Shown here piece by piece: positions 27,680 to 36,816 of a stretch of DNA of 64,000 nt. The notes beneath the pieces were generated by a model, which was given only the letters and a program-made list of their open reading frames with translations, was not told the origin of the DNA and did no database searches. The stretch is from Clostridia bacterium (GTDB lineage Bacteria > Bacillota > Clostridia > Oscillospirales > CAG-272). A program made the position numbers and the translations under genes. The DNA lies in NCBI GenBank assembly GCA_017456985.1, contig JAFTIH010000037.1, positions 5,558 through 69,557 of the forward strand. Direction: 5' to 3'. Each line of letters starts with the position of its first letter. Positions within the stretch are counted from its first letter, which is position 1.

Positions 27680-28876
27680 ATGGAATTGAATTCCGCACAG
27701 GTGGAAGGCATCGTACGCAAGATCCTTGGCGAGATGACCGGCAGCGCACCCGCAAAGAGCGCAGGCGGTATGGCTAAGGTAGCAATGCTGACTTCCCCCA
27801 AAAACATTGAGATCAAGGAATTCCCCATTCCCACCGTGCTTGAGGATGACGACATCCTCGTAAAGGTCGAGGGCTGCGGCGTTTGCGGTACCGACGTACA
27901 CGAGTGGAAGGGCGACCCCTTCGGACTCATCCCTGTCGTGCTGGGTCACGAGGGTACGGGCGAGATCATCGGTCTTGGTAAGAACGTAAAGTTCGATACC
28001 GCGGGCAACCCCATCAAGATTGGCGACAAGATCGTCACCTCGGTTATCTCCTGCGGCGAGTGCCAGATCTGCCGTAATCATCCTGCAAATACCAACCTCT
28101 GCGACAAGCAGGGCGTGTTCGGTCTGATCGGACACAACGATGCAAACCCCCTCAACGGTTGGTTTGCTACCCACCTTCTTATCCGCGCCAAGGGCGCAAC
28201 CTACTTCGTGGTCAATGAGCTTGACCTCAAGGAGAGAATGATCCTCGAGCTCGCTTGCGTTTGCGTACACGCTCTGAAGCGTGCGAACGGTACGGGTTTG
28301 ATGAACTTCAACTCCAAGGTCCTCATCCAGGGTCTCGGCCCCGTTGGTTTGGTTATGATCAGCGTCCTTCGTGCCGCAGGTATCAACCACATCATCGCTG
28401 TTGACGGCGCTCCGATGCGTCTTGAAATGGCGAAGAAGCTGGGCGCAAAGACCGTCATCAACTTCCGCGAGGCACAGACGCTTGATGAGCGCGTTGCCAT
28501 CGTCAAGGGTGTGACCGCGGGCATGGGTGCTGACTTTGCATTCCAGTGCACGGGTGCTCCCCCCGCAGCAGCTGACATTTACTCCTACATCCGTCGCGGC
28601 GGCGGACTTTGCGAGATGGGCTTCTTCGTCAACAACGGCGAATACAGCGTGAACCCCCACTTCGCAATGTGCAACAAGGAGATCAACATCGTTGGCTCTT
28701 GGGACTACAGTGCAGACGATTATCCCACCACCGTTGCGTTCCTGAAGCAGGCGCGTGAGATGAACATTCCGATCAAGGACCTCATCACGCACACCTATCC
28801 TCTTGACAAGCTCAACGAGGCGATGGAGACCAACCTGGCGCAGAAGGGCATTAAGATCTGCTACATCAACGAGTAA
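27680..28876 (+). CDS. Zn-dependent (MDR family) alcohol dehydrogenase with N-terminal encapsulation peptide
   Basis: GCGVCGTDVHEWKG, structural Zn Cys cluster (CGECQICRNH) and GLGPVGL Rossmann motif. N-terminus MELNSAQVEGIVRKILGEM is an amphipathic helix. Confidence 0.85.
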   Translation: MELNSAQVEGIVRKILGEMTGSAPAKSAGGMAKVAMLTSPKNIEIKEFPIPTVLEDDDILVKVEGCGVCGTDVHEWKGDPFGLIPVVLGHEGTGEIIGLGKNVKFDTAGNPIKIGDKIVTSVISCGECQICRNHPANTNLCDKQGVFGLIGHNDANPLNGWFATHLLIRAKGATYFVVNELDLKERMILELACVCVHALKRANGTGLMNFNSKVLIQGLGPVGLVMISVLRAAGINHIIAVDGAPMRLEMAKKLGAKTVINFREAQTLDERVAIVKGVTAGMGADFAFQCTGAPPAAADIYSYIRRGGGLCEMGFFVNNGEYSVNPHFAMCNKEINIVGSWDYSADDYPTTVAFLKQAREMNIPIKDLITHTYPLDKLNEAMETNLAQKGIKICYINE

Positions 28877-28900
28877 TCTCGGAAAGTAAGGTTTCTTGCT

Positions 28901-29218
28901 ATGGCACTTGGAATGGTTGAGGTTTACGGCTTTGTTACCTCTATCGTCGTGGCAGATAAAATGGCGAAGGCGGCTGATGTCGAAATCGTTGCCATTGACA
29001 AAAACAAGCCGGCAAACGCCGACAGCGCGGAGGTTCCGCTGGTGATGGTGGTCAAATGCGAGGGAACGGTAGCGGCTGTAGAATCTGCTGTCGCGGCAGG
29101 CATTGCCGAGGCAGAGGAGCGCGGTCTTTACATCACCTCGAAGATCATCTCGCGCCAGTCGGACGACGTCGAATGGTTCGCACGTCTTTCCGCTCTCGGC
29201 AAGGATAAGCTTCGATAA
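28901..29218 (+). CDS. BMC-H shell protein, divergent (Pfam00936-type)
   Basis: MALGMVEVYGFVTSIVVADKMAKAADVEIV...VKCEGTVAAVESAVAAG is a BMC domain with an inserted loop (KNKPANADSAEVP). Confidence 0.8.
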   Translation: MALGMVEVYGFVTSIVVADKMAKAADVEIVAIDKNKPANADSAEVPLVMVVKCEGTVAAVESAVAAGIAEAEERGLYITSKIISRQSDDVEWFARLSALGKDKLR

Positions 29219-29257
29219 TTTTAAAAAATAAAAAATACTTAAAGGAGAACACAAAAA

Positions 29258-29530
29258 ATGATGGAAGCTCTTGGTATGGTTGAAACCCGCGGTCTTGTTG
29301 CCGCAATTGAGGCTGCTGATGCAATGGTAAAGGCAGCAAACGTAGTACTCGTTGGTTCCGAGAAGATCGGTTCCGGCCTCGTATCCGTAATGGTTCGTGG
29401 CGACGTTGGCGCCGTTAAGGCTGCTGTAGAGGCTGGCTCTGCTGCCGCTTCGGGCCTTGGCGAGGTTATCGCAACGCACGTCATCCCCAGACCCCACGCA
29501 GACGTGGAGAAGCTCCTTCCCAAGAAGTAA
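29258..29530 (+). CDS. pduA: BMC-H shell protein (PduA/EutM-like), paralog 1
   Basis: [28 protein letters not shown]...[23 protein letters not shown]...IPRPH is canonical hexamer shell protein sequence. Confidence 0.93.
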   Translation: MMEALGMVETRGLVAAIEAADAMVKAANVVLVGSEKIGSGLVSVMVRGDVGAVKAAVEAGSAAASGLGEVIATHVIPRPHADVEKLLPKK

Positions 29531-29542
29531 TCAGATACGCTT

Positions 29543-29821
29543 ATGATGAACGAAGCAATCGCACTTCTTGAAGTGCAGGCAAACGTTGCCGCGATTGCTG
29601 GGCTGGATGCTATGGTAAAGGCGGCGAACGTTCGTCTGATTCACGTGGAAAGACGCTTGGGCGGAAGACTGGTCACGGTCGTGGTCGAAGGCACCGTCTC
29701 CGACGTTACGGCAGCTGCAGAAGCAGGTGCTGAAGCGGCGAGAGAGGTTGGCAAGGTCAAGCTGTGCGAGGTCATCGCGCGCCCGCACCCCGAAGTGATG
29801 AAATTTCTCAAACAGGGGTAA
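29543..29821 (+). CDS. BMC-H shell protein, divergent
   Basis: [29 protein letters not shown]...VTVVVEGTVSDVTAAAEAG...IARPHPEV is a BMC domain. Confidence 0.8.
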   Translation: MMNEAIALLEVQANVAAIAGLDAMVKAANVRLIHVERRLGGRLVTVVVEGTVSDVTAAAEAGAEAAREVGKVKLCEVIARPHPEVMKFLKQG

Positions 29822-29873
29822 AAAAATTCGATTTTATTTGCAAAAATAAAAAATCTTTATGGAGGATTTCAAA

Positions 29874-30143
29874 ATGGAAGCACTTGGTATGGTCGAAACC
29901 CGCGGCTTGGTTGCCGCAATCGAGGCTGCTGATGCAATGGTAAAGGCAGCAAACGTGATCCTGATCGGCTCCGAGAAGATCGGTTCCGGACTCGTATCCG
30001 TTATGGTTCGTGGCGACGTTGGTGCCGTTAAGGCTGCTGTTGAGGCTGGCTCTGCTGCCGCTTCGGGCCTTGGCGAGGTTATCGCAACGCACGTCATCCC
30101 CAGACCCCACGCAGACGTGGAGAAGCTTCTGCCCAAGATCTAA
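29874..30143 (+). CDS. pduA: BMC-H shell protein (PduA/EutM-like), paralog 2
   Basis: Near-identical to 29258..29530. Start taken at MEALGM (29874) with a TGGAGGA RBS. Confidence 0.93.
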   Translation: MEALGMVETRGLVAAIEAADAMVKAANVILIGSEKIGSGLVSVMVRGDVGAVKAAVEAGSAAASGLGEVIATHVIPRPHADVEKLLPKI

Positions 30144-30355
30144 TCTTGCGGGAGCGATCCTTCGCCGTCCCTTTTTGGGACGGCGAAGGGTAACATCGAA
30201 AGCAAGGCGCGCCGTTACCTGGCAAGCGCCAAACCCGCTTTTGCGGTCGATGGTCCCCCCTGCAAAACGCTTGCAGAGCGGAGCATTGCCCGTCCAAAAG
30301 ACGGAACCAATAAAAGAAATTATGCGACGAGCGTCGCAGGAAAGAGCGGTAACGT

Positions 30356-31015
30356 ATGGAACTGACTGCAAAACAAATGGAAGAACTCGTAAGACAGATC
30401 ACGGCAGAGATCGTTGCGGGAGGCAGTGCTGCGGCACAGTCGGATGAGATCCCCGTGGGCGTCTCCAACCGTCATATTCACTTAACGCGTGAGCACGTGG
30501 AGATTTTGTTTGGAAAGGGCTATGAGTTACAAAAGCTCAAGGACCTCTCCCAGCCCGGTCAGTACGCTTGTAAGGAGACCCTCACCATCGTTGGTCCCTC
30601 GCTCCGTCCCATCGAGCGCGTCCGTGTTCTGGGTCCCGAGCGCCGCGCCTCGCAGGTCGAGATCTCCAAGACCGACTCCTACGCTCTCAAGGTCAAGGCG
30701 CCCGTCCGTGAGTCGGGCAAGGTCGCAGGCTCCGCAGGTGTCACCATCATCGGTCCTTGCGGCGTGGTCACGCTTGAAGAGGGCTGTATCATCGCCAACC
30801 GCCATATTCATATGTCGCTTGCAGACGGAGAGCACTTCGGTGTTTCGGACGGCGACTACGTTACCGTTGACGCCGTGGGCGAGCGCCGCACGCGCTTCTA
30901 CGACGTGCAGGTGCGCGTGAGCAAGGATTTCTGCCTCGAAATGCACCTTGATACGGACGATGCCAACGCCGTCGGACTCACGGGCAAGAGCACCGTCAAG
31001 ATCGTAAAAGAGTAA
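30356..31015 (+). CDS. pduL: Phosphate propanoyltransferase PduL with N-terminal encapsulation peptide
   Basis: IPVGVSNRHIHLTREHVEILFG and a second repeat IIANRHIHMS (PduL duplicated motif). N-terminus MELTAKQMEELVRQITAEIV. Confidence 0.9.
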   Translation: MELTAKQMEELVRQITAEIVAGGSAAAQSDEIPVGVSNRHIHLTREHVEILFGKGYELQKLKDLSQPGQYACKETLTIVGPSLRPIERVRVLGPERRASQVEISKTDSYALKVKAPVRESGKVAGSAGVTIIGPCGVVTLEEGCIIANRHIHMSLADGEHFGVSDGDYVTVDAVGERRTRFYDVQVRVSKDFCLEMHLDTDDANAVGLTGKSTVKIVKE

Positions 31016-31040
31016 AAAAGAGCAGGGAAGGATATAAGCT

Positions 31041-31295
31041 ATGTTAAAAGGAATTGTGATCGGCAACGTCGTATCCACGAGAAAGCAGGAAGCGCTTGTC
31101 GGAAGCAAGTTTATGGAAGTGCAGATTCTGCAAAACGGCAAGGAAACGGATGAGTATATCATCGCAGTTGACAGCGTGGGCGCAGGCATCGGTGAGACGG
31201 TTCTTCTCACCACGGGCTCCTCTGCGCGCCTTGCTCTCTCCCACCCCAACGTTCCCACCGACGCCGTGATCGTCGGTATCGTGGACCCCGTATAA
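31041..31295 (+). CDS. pduN: BMC-P pentameric vertex protein (EutN/PduN/CcmL family)
   Basis: MLKGIVIGNVVSTRK...AVDSVGAGIGETVLLTTGSSAR, 84 aa. Confidence 0.9.
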   Translation: MLKGIVIGNVVSTRKQEALVGSKFMEVQILQNGKETDEYIIAVDSVGAGIGETVLLTTGSSARLALSHPNVPTDAVIVGIVDPV

Positions 31296-31311
31296 GAAAG
31301 GATCGTTCACC

Positions 31312-32634
31312 ATGAATGAAGAATTAAAGAAACGCATCCAGGACGGCGCAGTCGTCGGTGCAGGCGGCGCGGGCTTCCCCTCGTACGCCAAGCTTGCCGC
31401 AGGTGCTGATACGCTCGTGATCAACGCCTCCGAGTGTGAGCCGTTGCTCGATACGGACTACATACTGATGCGCGAGCATATGGACAAGGTCGTGGACGGC
31501 GCCAAGATCATTATGGAATGCGCCGACATCCCGAGAACGCTGCTTTGCTTAAAGGAGCACAACGCGCACCGCCTCTCGCTTACAGAAGGACAGAAGCTCG
31601 CCGAGGGCGTCTTCGTCAAGACGCTTCCCGACGTTTATCCCATCGGTGACGAGTTAGCCACCATTTACGAAGCAACGGGGCGCCTTGTCAGCCCGGGCAA
31701 CCTGCCCATCACCAAGGGCGTCATCGTCTATAACGTCGAAACGCTCGTCAACGTTTCCTTCGCCGTGCGCGAGGGTAAGCCCGTGACGGAAAAGTGGCTG
31801 ACCATCGGCGGCGACGTGGAAAAGTCCGTTGTCCTGCGCGTGCCCGTCGGTATGCGCGTGCGCGACCTTTTCAAAAAGTTCGGCATCGTCGTACCCGAGG
31901 GCTACGCGGTCATCGACGGCGGTCCTTCGATGGGTCAGATCATCAACCCCAACATCGCGGTGGTGAAAAAAAGCACCAAGGGTCTGCTTATTCTTCCCGA
32001 GCTGATCCCCGCGGTCGCAGGTAAAAAGGGCGATATCAAAACGCAGATCTCCCGCGCCTCCTCGATGTGTTGCCAGTGTACGCGTTGTACCGATATGTGC
32101 CCGCGTAATTTGCTCGGCTATCCCCTTTACCCGCACAAAATGGTCAGAACTGCGATCAACATCGCGGAAATGACGCCCGATATGATCCTCACCGCCTCGC
32201 TCTGCTGCTCCTGCGGCGTCTGCGAAACGGCGGCTTGCTGCCAGAACATTTCTCCCCGAAACGTCATTTTGGAGTTCAAGAGCATCTTGGCGAAGAACCG
32301 TATGAAGTACGTGGCGACCGAGGACGTGGTGGCAGACGAGTACCGTGACAGCCGTCTCATCCCCATCTCCCGATGGAAGGCACAGCTTGGCGTCACACCC
32401 TTCGACAGAGAAGGCGTGCTCGTGGATCCCATCGAAACGGTCGGCACCGTTGAGATCGGTTTGAATTGGCACATCGGCGCGCCCTCCGTCCTCGCCGTTA
32501 AGGTGGGAGACGTCGTCAAGAAGGGCGACAAGATCGCCGATGCGGCTGGCGGACTCTCCGTTCCCGCATACGCATCCATCGACGGAAAAGTAATCTACGC
32601 CGACGACAAAAAAGTCGTTATCGAAAGCGTTTGA
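31312..32634 (+). CDS. pduS: PduS/RnfC-like flavin and Fe-S oxidoreductase
   Basis: GAGGAGFPSYAKL, SLBB-type middle region and two 4Fe-4S Cys clusters (CCQCTRCTDMCP, CCSCGVCETAAC). Confidence 0.8.
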   Translation: MNEELKKRIQDGAVVGAGGAGFPSYAKLAAGADTLVINASECEPLLDTDYILMREHMDKVVDGAKIIMECADIPRTLLCLKEHNAHRLSLTEGQKLAEGVFVKTLPDVYPIGDELATIYEATGRLVSPGNLPITKGVIVYNVETLVNVSFAVREGKPVTEKWLTIGGDVEKSVVLRVPVGMRVRDLFKKFGIVVPEGYAVIDGGPSMGQIINPNIAVVKKSTKGLLILPELIPAVAGKKGDIKTQISRASSMCCQCTRCTDMCPRNLLGYPLYPHKMVRTAINIAEMTPDMILTASLCCSCGVCETAACCQNISPRNVILEFKSILAKNRMKYVATEDVVADEYRDSRLIPISRWKAQLGVTPFDREGVLVDPIETVGTVEIGLNWHIGAPSVLAVKVGDVVKKGDKIADAAGGLSVPAYASIDGKVIYADDKKVVIESV

Positions 32635-32657
32635 GCTTGAAAGGAAAGTAAAGTATT

Positions 32658-33203
32658 ATGATATATGCAGTAGGTGTTATTGAACTCAAAAGCATCGCAA
32701 AGGGCGTAGATGCTACCGACGCCGCACTCAAAAGCGCAGGCGTCAAGCTCATCAGCGCGCACCCCGCCTGCCCCGGTAAATACGAGATCATCCTGACGGG
32801 CTCGATCTCCGACGTAACGGCGGCGCTGGAGCACGTGCGCGGCCGCTTCGAGCAGTACATCGTTGACAGCTCCGTGATGGGACGCATCGACGAGCAGGTC
32901 ATCAAGGCGCTCTTCGGCACGCAGAGCGGTGTCAAGCAGGGCTCGCTCGGACTTATCGAAACTTATTCGGCGGCTTCCGCCATCAAGGCGGGCGATATCG
33001 CCGTCAAGACCTCGCGCGTCGAGCTTTACGATATGCGCGTTTCCCGCGGTATGGGCGGTAAGGGTATCGTCTTCGTCACGGGTGAGGTTGGCGACGTGAC
33101 CGCAGCAGTCGAAGCAGGCGGTGCCTATGCAAAGGGCATCGGTATGCTTCACGCCACCACCGTCATTGCCGCTCCCCACAAAGAGCTCTGGGAGCAGCTG
33201 TAA
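32658..33203 (+). CDS. pduT: BMC-T tandem-domain shell protein (PduT-like)
   Basis: Two BMC domains in 181 aa (AVGVIELKSIAKGVDATDAALKSAGV...; SLGLIETYSAASAIKAGDIAVKTSRV...). Cys in HPACPGKY sits where PduT ligates its 4Fe-4S cluster. Confidence 0.85.
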   Translation: MIYAVGVIELKSIAKGVDATDAALKSAGVKLISAHPACPGKYEIILTGSISDVTAALEHVRGRFEQYIVDSSVMGRIDEQVIKALFGTQSGVKQGSLGLIETYSAASAIKAGDIAVKTSRVELYDMRVSRGMGGKGIVFVTGEVGDVTAAVEAGGAYAKGIGMLHATTVIAAPHKELWEQL

Positions 33204-33258
33204 TCTAAAAAAACAACGTCCCACCCAAAGGGATAGGGATTGAAAGGAGAATAAAGCT

Positions 33259-35793
33259 ATGGTGCATCAGCCCACCCGCTTTACCACGGAAAAGAGTGCG
33301 CGCATCCCTATGCTCATTTCCGATATTTTCGGCAATTTTCCTCAGATCGAAGCCGACCGCGCGATCCTTCTGACCGAGAGCTACAAGGCAACGGAGGCGC
33401 TTCCTACGATCCGCCGCCGCAGTGCGGCATTCGCCCACATCCTTGCAGGTCTTCCCGTCGTCATTCGCCGCGGCGAGCTGATCGTGGGTGTCAATACCAA
33501 GAACCCCCGCAGCTGCCCCACCTTCCCCGAGTATTCCTGGGAATGGCTTGAAGCAGAATTCGACACCGTTGAAACGCGTGAGGCAGACCCCTTCCACATC
33601 TCCGAACAGACCAAGGAAGCACTTCGCGCCATCCATCCCTATTGGAAGGGTAAGACCTCGAGCGAGCTCGCGGCATCCTTGATGTCCCCCGAGGCGTACG
33701 ACGTCTTTATGAACCACGGTATCTTCACCGTCGGTAACTACTTCTATAACGGCGTGGGTCATATCACCGTGGATTACGGTAAGGTGCTCCGCATCGGCTA
33801 CGAGGGCATCAAGAAGGAAGCGCTTGCGGCGCTTGCCTCCATCAAAACGGGTGACGGCGACTATATGCAGCGCACCCACTTCATCAAGGCGGTCATCGAG
33901 TGCTGTGACGCCGCAAGAGATTTTGCCGCGCGCTACGCAGACGAGGCAGAGCGTCTTGCCGCCGCCGAGAGCGATCGCGTTCGCCGCGAGGAGCTTCTTG
34001 AGATCGCCAAGATCTGCCGCCACGTGCCGTATCACGGCGCACGCTCCTTCCACGAGGCTTGCCAGTCCTTCTGGTTCGTTCAGCTTCTCATCCAGACGGA
34101 GGGCAGCGGTCACTCCATCTCCCCCGGTCGCTTCGACCAGTATATGTATCCCTTCTACAAGGCTGACCTTGACGCGGGTAAGATCACCCACGAGCAGGCA
34201 CAGGAGCTGATCGACTGCATTTGGGTCAAGCTCAACAGCTTGAGCAAGGTGCGTGACGCCGAGTCCGCCGCAGGCTTTGCAGGATACAGTATGTTCCAGA
34301 ACCTCATCGTCGGTGGTCAGGATAAAAATGGTATGGACGCTACCAACGACCTGTCCTATATGTGTCTTGAAGCATCCATCCACGTTCGTCTGCCTCAGCC
34401 CTCGCTCTCTATCCGCGTATGGAACGGCTCGCCCCAGGAGCTTCTTCTGAAGGCGGCGTACTTAACGCGTCTTGGCGACGGCGTTCCCGCATACTACAAC
34501 GACGAGATCATCATCCCCGCGCTTATGTCCCGTGGACTTTCTCTTGAGGAAGCGCGCGACTATTCCATCATCGGATGCGTTGAGCCGCAGACGCCCCACG
34601 CAACCGACGGCTGGCACGACGCGGCATTCTTCAATATGTGCCGCCCGATGGAGCTCGTATTCTCCAACGGTGTGGACGAGGGTGTGCAGATCGGTCCTCG
34701 CACGGGCGAGCTTCGCGAGCTTGATACCTTTGAAAAGTTTTTTGACGCATACAAGAAGCAGGAAGCGTATTTCATCGAGCTGATGGTCAACGCCGACAAC
34801 GCCGTTGACGTTGCGCACGGTGTCCGTTGCCCCCTCCCCTTCGAGTCCTCGATGGTGGACGGTTGTCTTGCCAGCGGTAAGGCGGTCGAAGAGGGCGGTG
34901 CCCGTCACAACTTTACGGGTCCCCAGGGCTTTGGTATTGCCAATATGACCGACGCACTCCTTGCGATCCGTGAGCTGGTCTATGAAAAGAAGCTCGTTAC
35001 GCTTTGCGAATATAAGGAAGCGATGGCGGCAAACTTCGGTAAGGGCTTTACGGGCAAGGGCGCCGAGAAGATGACCATCAAGGTCGCAAGCGCACTTGCA
35101 AAGGCGGGCGTCGAGATCACGGACGCCGTCATCAAGACCATCCACGAAACCGTAAGCTCGGGCGACTATCTGCCCAAGGAGAAGCGCGCACGCTACGAGG
35201 AGATCTACAAGCTCATCGGCACCGTCAAGAAGTACGGTAACGACGATAAGGAAGCCGACCTCTTTGCGCGTGAGGTCGCTTACACCTATACCAAGGAAGT
35301 AGAGAAGTACACCAACCCCCGCGGCGGTATCTACCACGCAGGTCTGTACCCCGTATCCGCAAACGTGCCGCTCGGCGCGCAGACGGGAGCAACGCCCGAC
35401 GGACGTCTTGCTTACACGCCTATTGCGGACGGTGTCGGTCCCGCATCGGGCAGAGACGTGTGCGGTCCTACGGCGGCGGCAAACTCCGTAGCCAAGCTTG
35501 ACCACGGTATCGCCTCCAACGGTACGCTCTTTAACCAGAAGTTCCACCCCGCCGCTCTTGCAGGCGAGGCAGGACTGCTCAAGTTCGTTTCGCTCATTCG
35601 CGGCTTCTTTGACCAGAAGGGTATGCATATGCAGTTTAACGTGGTCAACCGCGAAACGCTTCTCGATGCGCAAGCGCATCCCGAAAACTACCGCAACCTC
35701 GTGGTGCGCGTCGCAGGCTATAGCGCGCTGTTCACCACCCTCTCCCGCTCGCTGCAGGACGACATCATCGCCCGTACCGAGCAGGGATTCTGA
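33259..35793 (+). CDS. Glycyl radical enzyme, PFL-like family; probable B12-independent diol (1,2-propanediol) dehydratase
   Basis: 844 aa. Catalytic Cys loop IIGCVEPQ and C-terminal glycyl radical motif VVRVAGYSALF. The substrate call is contextual (aldolase + PduP + PduL). Confidence 0.9.
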   Translation: MVHQPTRFTTEKSARIPMLISDIFGNFPQIEADRAILLTESYKATEALPTIRRRSAAFAHILAGLPVVIRRGELIVGVNTKNPRSCPTFPEYSWEWLEAEFDTVETREADPFHISEQTKEALRAIHPYWKGKTSSELAASLMSPEAYDVFMNHGIFTVGNYFYNGVGHITVDYGKVLRIGYEGIKKEALAALASIKTGDGDYMQRTHFIKAVIECCDAARDFAARYADEAERLAAAESDRVRREELLEIAKICRHVPYHGARSFHEACQSFWFVQLLIQTEGSGHSISPGRFDQYMYPFYKADLDAGKITHEQAQELIDCIWVKLNSLSKVRDAESAAGFAGYSMFQNLIVGGQDKNGMDATNDLSYMCLEASIHVRLPQPSLSIRVWNGSPQELLLKAAYLTRLGDGVPAYYNDEIIIPALMSRGLSLEEARDYSIIGCVEPQTPHATDGWHDAAFFNMCRPMELVFSNGVDEGVQIGPRTGELRELDTFEKFFDAYKKQEAYFIELMVNADNAVDVAHGVRCPLPFESSMVDGCLASGKAVEEGGARHNFTGPQGFGIANMTDALLAIRELVYEKKLVTLCEYKEAMAANFGKGFTGKGAEKMTIKVASALAKAGVEITDAVIKTIHETVSSGDYLPKEKRARYEEIYKLIGTVKKYGNDDKEADLFAREVAYTYTKEVEKYTNPRGGIYHAGLYPVSANVPLGAQTGATPDGRLAYTPIADGVGPASGRDVCGPTAAANSVAKLDHGIASNGTLFNQKFHPAALAGEAGLLKFVSLIRGFFDQKGMHMQFNVVNRETLLDAQAHPENYRNLVVRVAGYSALFTTLSRSLQDDIIARTEQGF

Positions 35794-35830
35794 TCCCCGA
35801 TCCTCTAAACATCCACGAAAGGAGACCGTC

Positions 35831-36640
35831 GTGACGGAATATTACGCATCCGACGCCGCAACTCGCGGCAGAATCTTCGATATCCAGCGCTATTCCGTCA
35901 ACGACGGTCCCGGCATTCGTACCATCGTTTTTTTAAAGGGCTGTATGTTCCGTTGCCGCTGGTGCTCCAACCCCGAGGGACAGCTCTTTGAGCCCGTCAC
36001 CTTGAAGGCGATGCACGGCAAGGGTGACAAGATCGCAGGCACGGACGTGACGGCGGGCGAGGTGATGGAAACCGTCCTGCGCGACAGCGTCTATTACGCA
36101 CGCTCGGGCGGCGGACTCACCCTTTCGGGCGGCGAAGCGCTTCTTCAGCCCGACTTTGCACTCGCGCTCTTCCGTCTTGCTCACTTGCACGGCGTGAACA
36201 CCGCTATTGAAACGACGGGCTACGCCTCGCGCGAGGTGCTGGATAGACTCCTGCCGCACATTGATTACGTCTTGATGGATATCAAGCATATGGACCCGAA
36301 AAAGCACGAAGCCTTTATCGGAAAGACCAACGAGCGCGTCCTTGAAAACGCGCCGTATATCGCACAGCACGCGCACCACTATACCGTGCGCGTCCCCGTC
36401 ATCCCCACCTTCAACGACACCGACGCGGAGATCGCCGCCATCGCGCGCTTCGCCGCATCGATGCCCGGTACCAAGGCGATCCACCTGCTTCCGTATCACC
36501 GACTGGGTATGGATAAGTACACTGCTCTCGGCAGAGATTACGGTATGGGAACGGTCCCCCTGATCCCCGATGAGAAAATGCGCCGACTGCTGTTGGTAGC
36601 GCAGGAAAGTAGCGGTTTAGCCTGCCAGATCGGCGGTTGA
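35831..36640 (+). CDS. Glycyl-radical enzyme activating enzyme (radical SAM)
   Basis: GTG start at 35831 with GAAAGGAG RBS. GPGIRTIVFLKGCMFRCRWCSNPE (CxxxCxxC). The tracked ORF start at 35498 lies inside the GRE gene and was rejected. Confidence 0.88.
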   Translation: MTEYYASDAATRGRIFDIQRYSVNDGPGIRTIVFLKGCMFRCRWCSNPEGQLFEPVTLKAMHGKGDKIAGTDVTAGEVMETVLRDSVYYARSGGGLTLSGGEALLQPDFALALFRLAHLHGVNTAIETTGYASREVLDRLLPHIDYVLMDIKHMDPKKHEAFIGKTNERVLENAPYIAQHAHHYTVRVPVIPTFNDTDAEIAAIARFAASMPGTKAIHLLPYHRLGMDKYTALGRDYGMGTVPLIPDEKMRRLLLVAQESSGLACQIGG

Positions 36641-36679
36641 GTATTTGGTGAAAATTGCCCCATACTTCGGTTGCCACTC

Positions 36680-36816
36680 GGGGCAGTACAAAGTACAGCT
36701 CCCTCGTGTCAAGCCTCGTCTGGAACAATTTTCCCTCAAATAGATGGTTTTGGTCCTTTAAGGGGCAGTACAAGGTACAGCGCCCTCGTGTCAAACATCG
36801 TCTGGAACGCTTTTTC
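36680..36816 (+). repeat. Two about 55-nt direct repeats (36680-36734 and 36762-36816), 82 nt period, in the activase-pduU spacer
   Basis: GGGGCAGTACAAAGTACAGCTCCCTCGTGTCAAGCCTCGTCTGGAACAATTTTCC versus GGGGCAGTACAAGGTACAGCGCCCTCGTGTCAAACATCGTCTGGAACGCTTTTTCC. Each starts with a GGGGCAGTAC-nnn-GTACAGCnCCC hairpin. Confidence 0.8.

Noticed and set aside
35498-35830. An extended N-terminus of the GRE activase ORF. Similar extended starts occur at 2078 (dtd), 2662 (hemZ-like), 4236 (flippase), 11213 (uvrB), 15984 (dut), 24054 (ackA), 52589 (rpsB) and 62245 (spoIIAA).
   Set aside because: The extensions overlap upstream genes or terminators and lack RBSs. Internal starts with good RBSs give canonical family N-termini.
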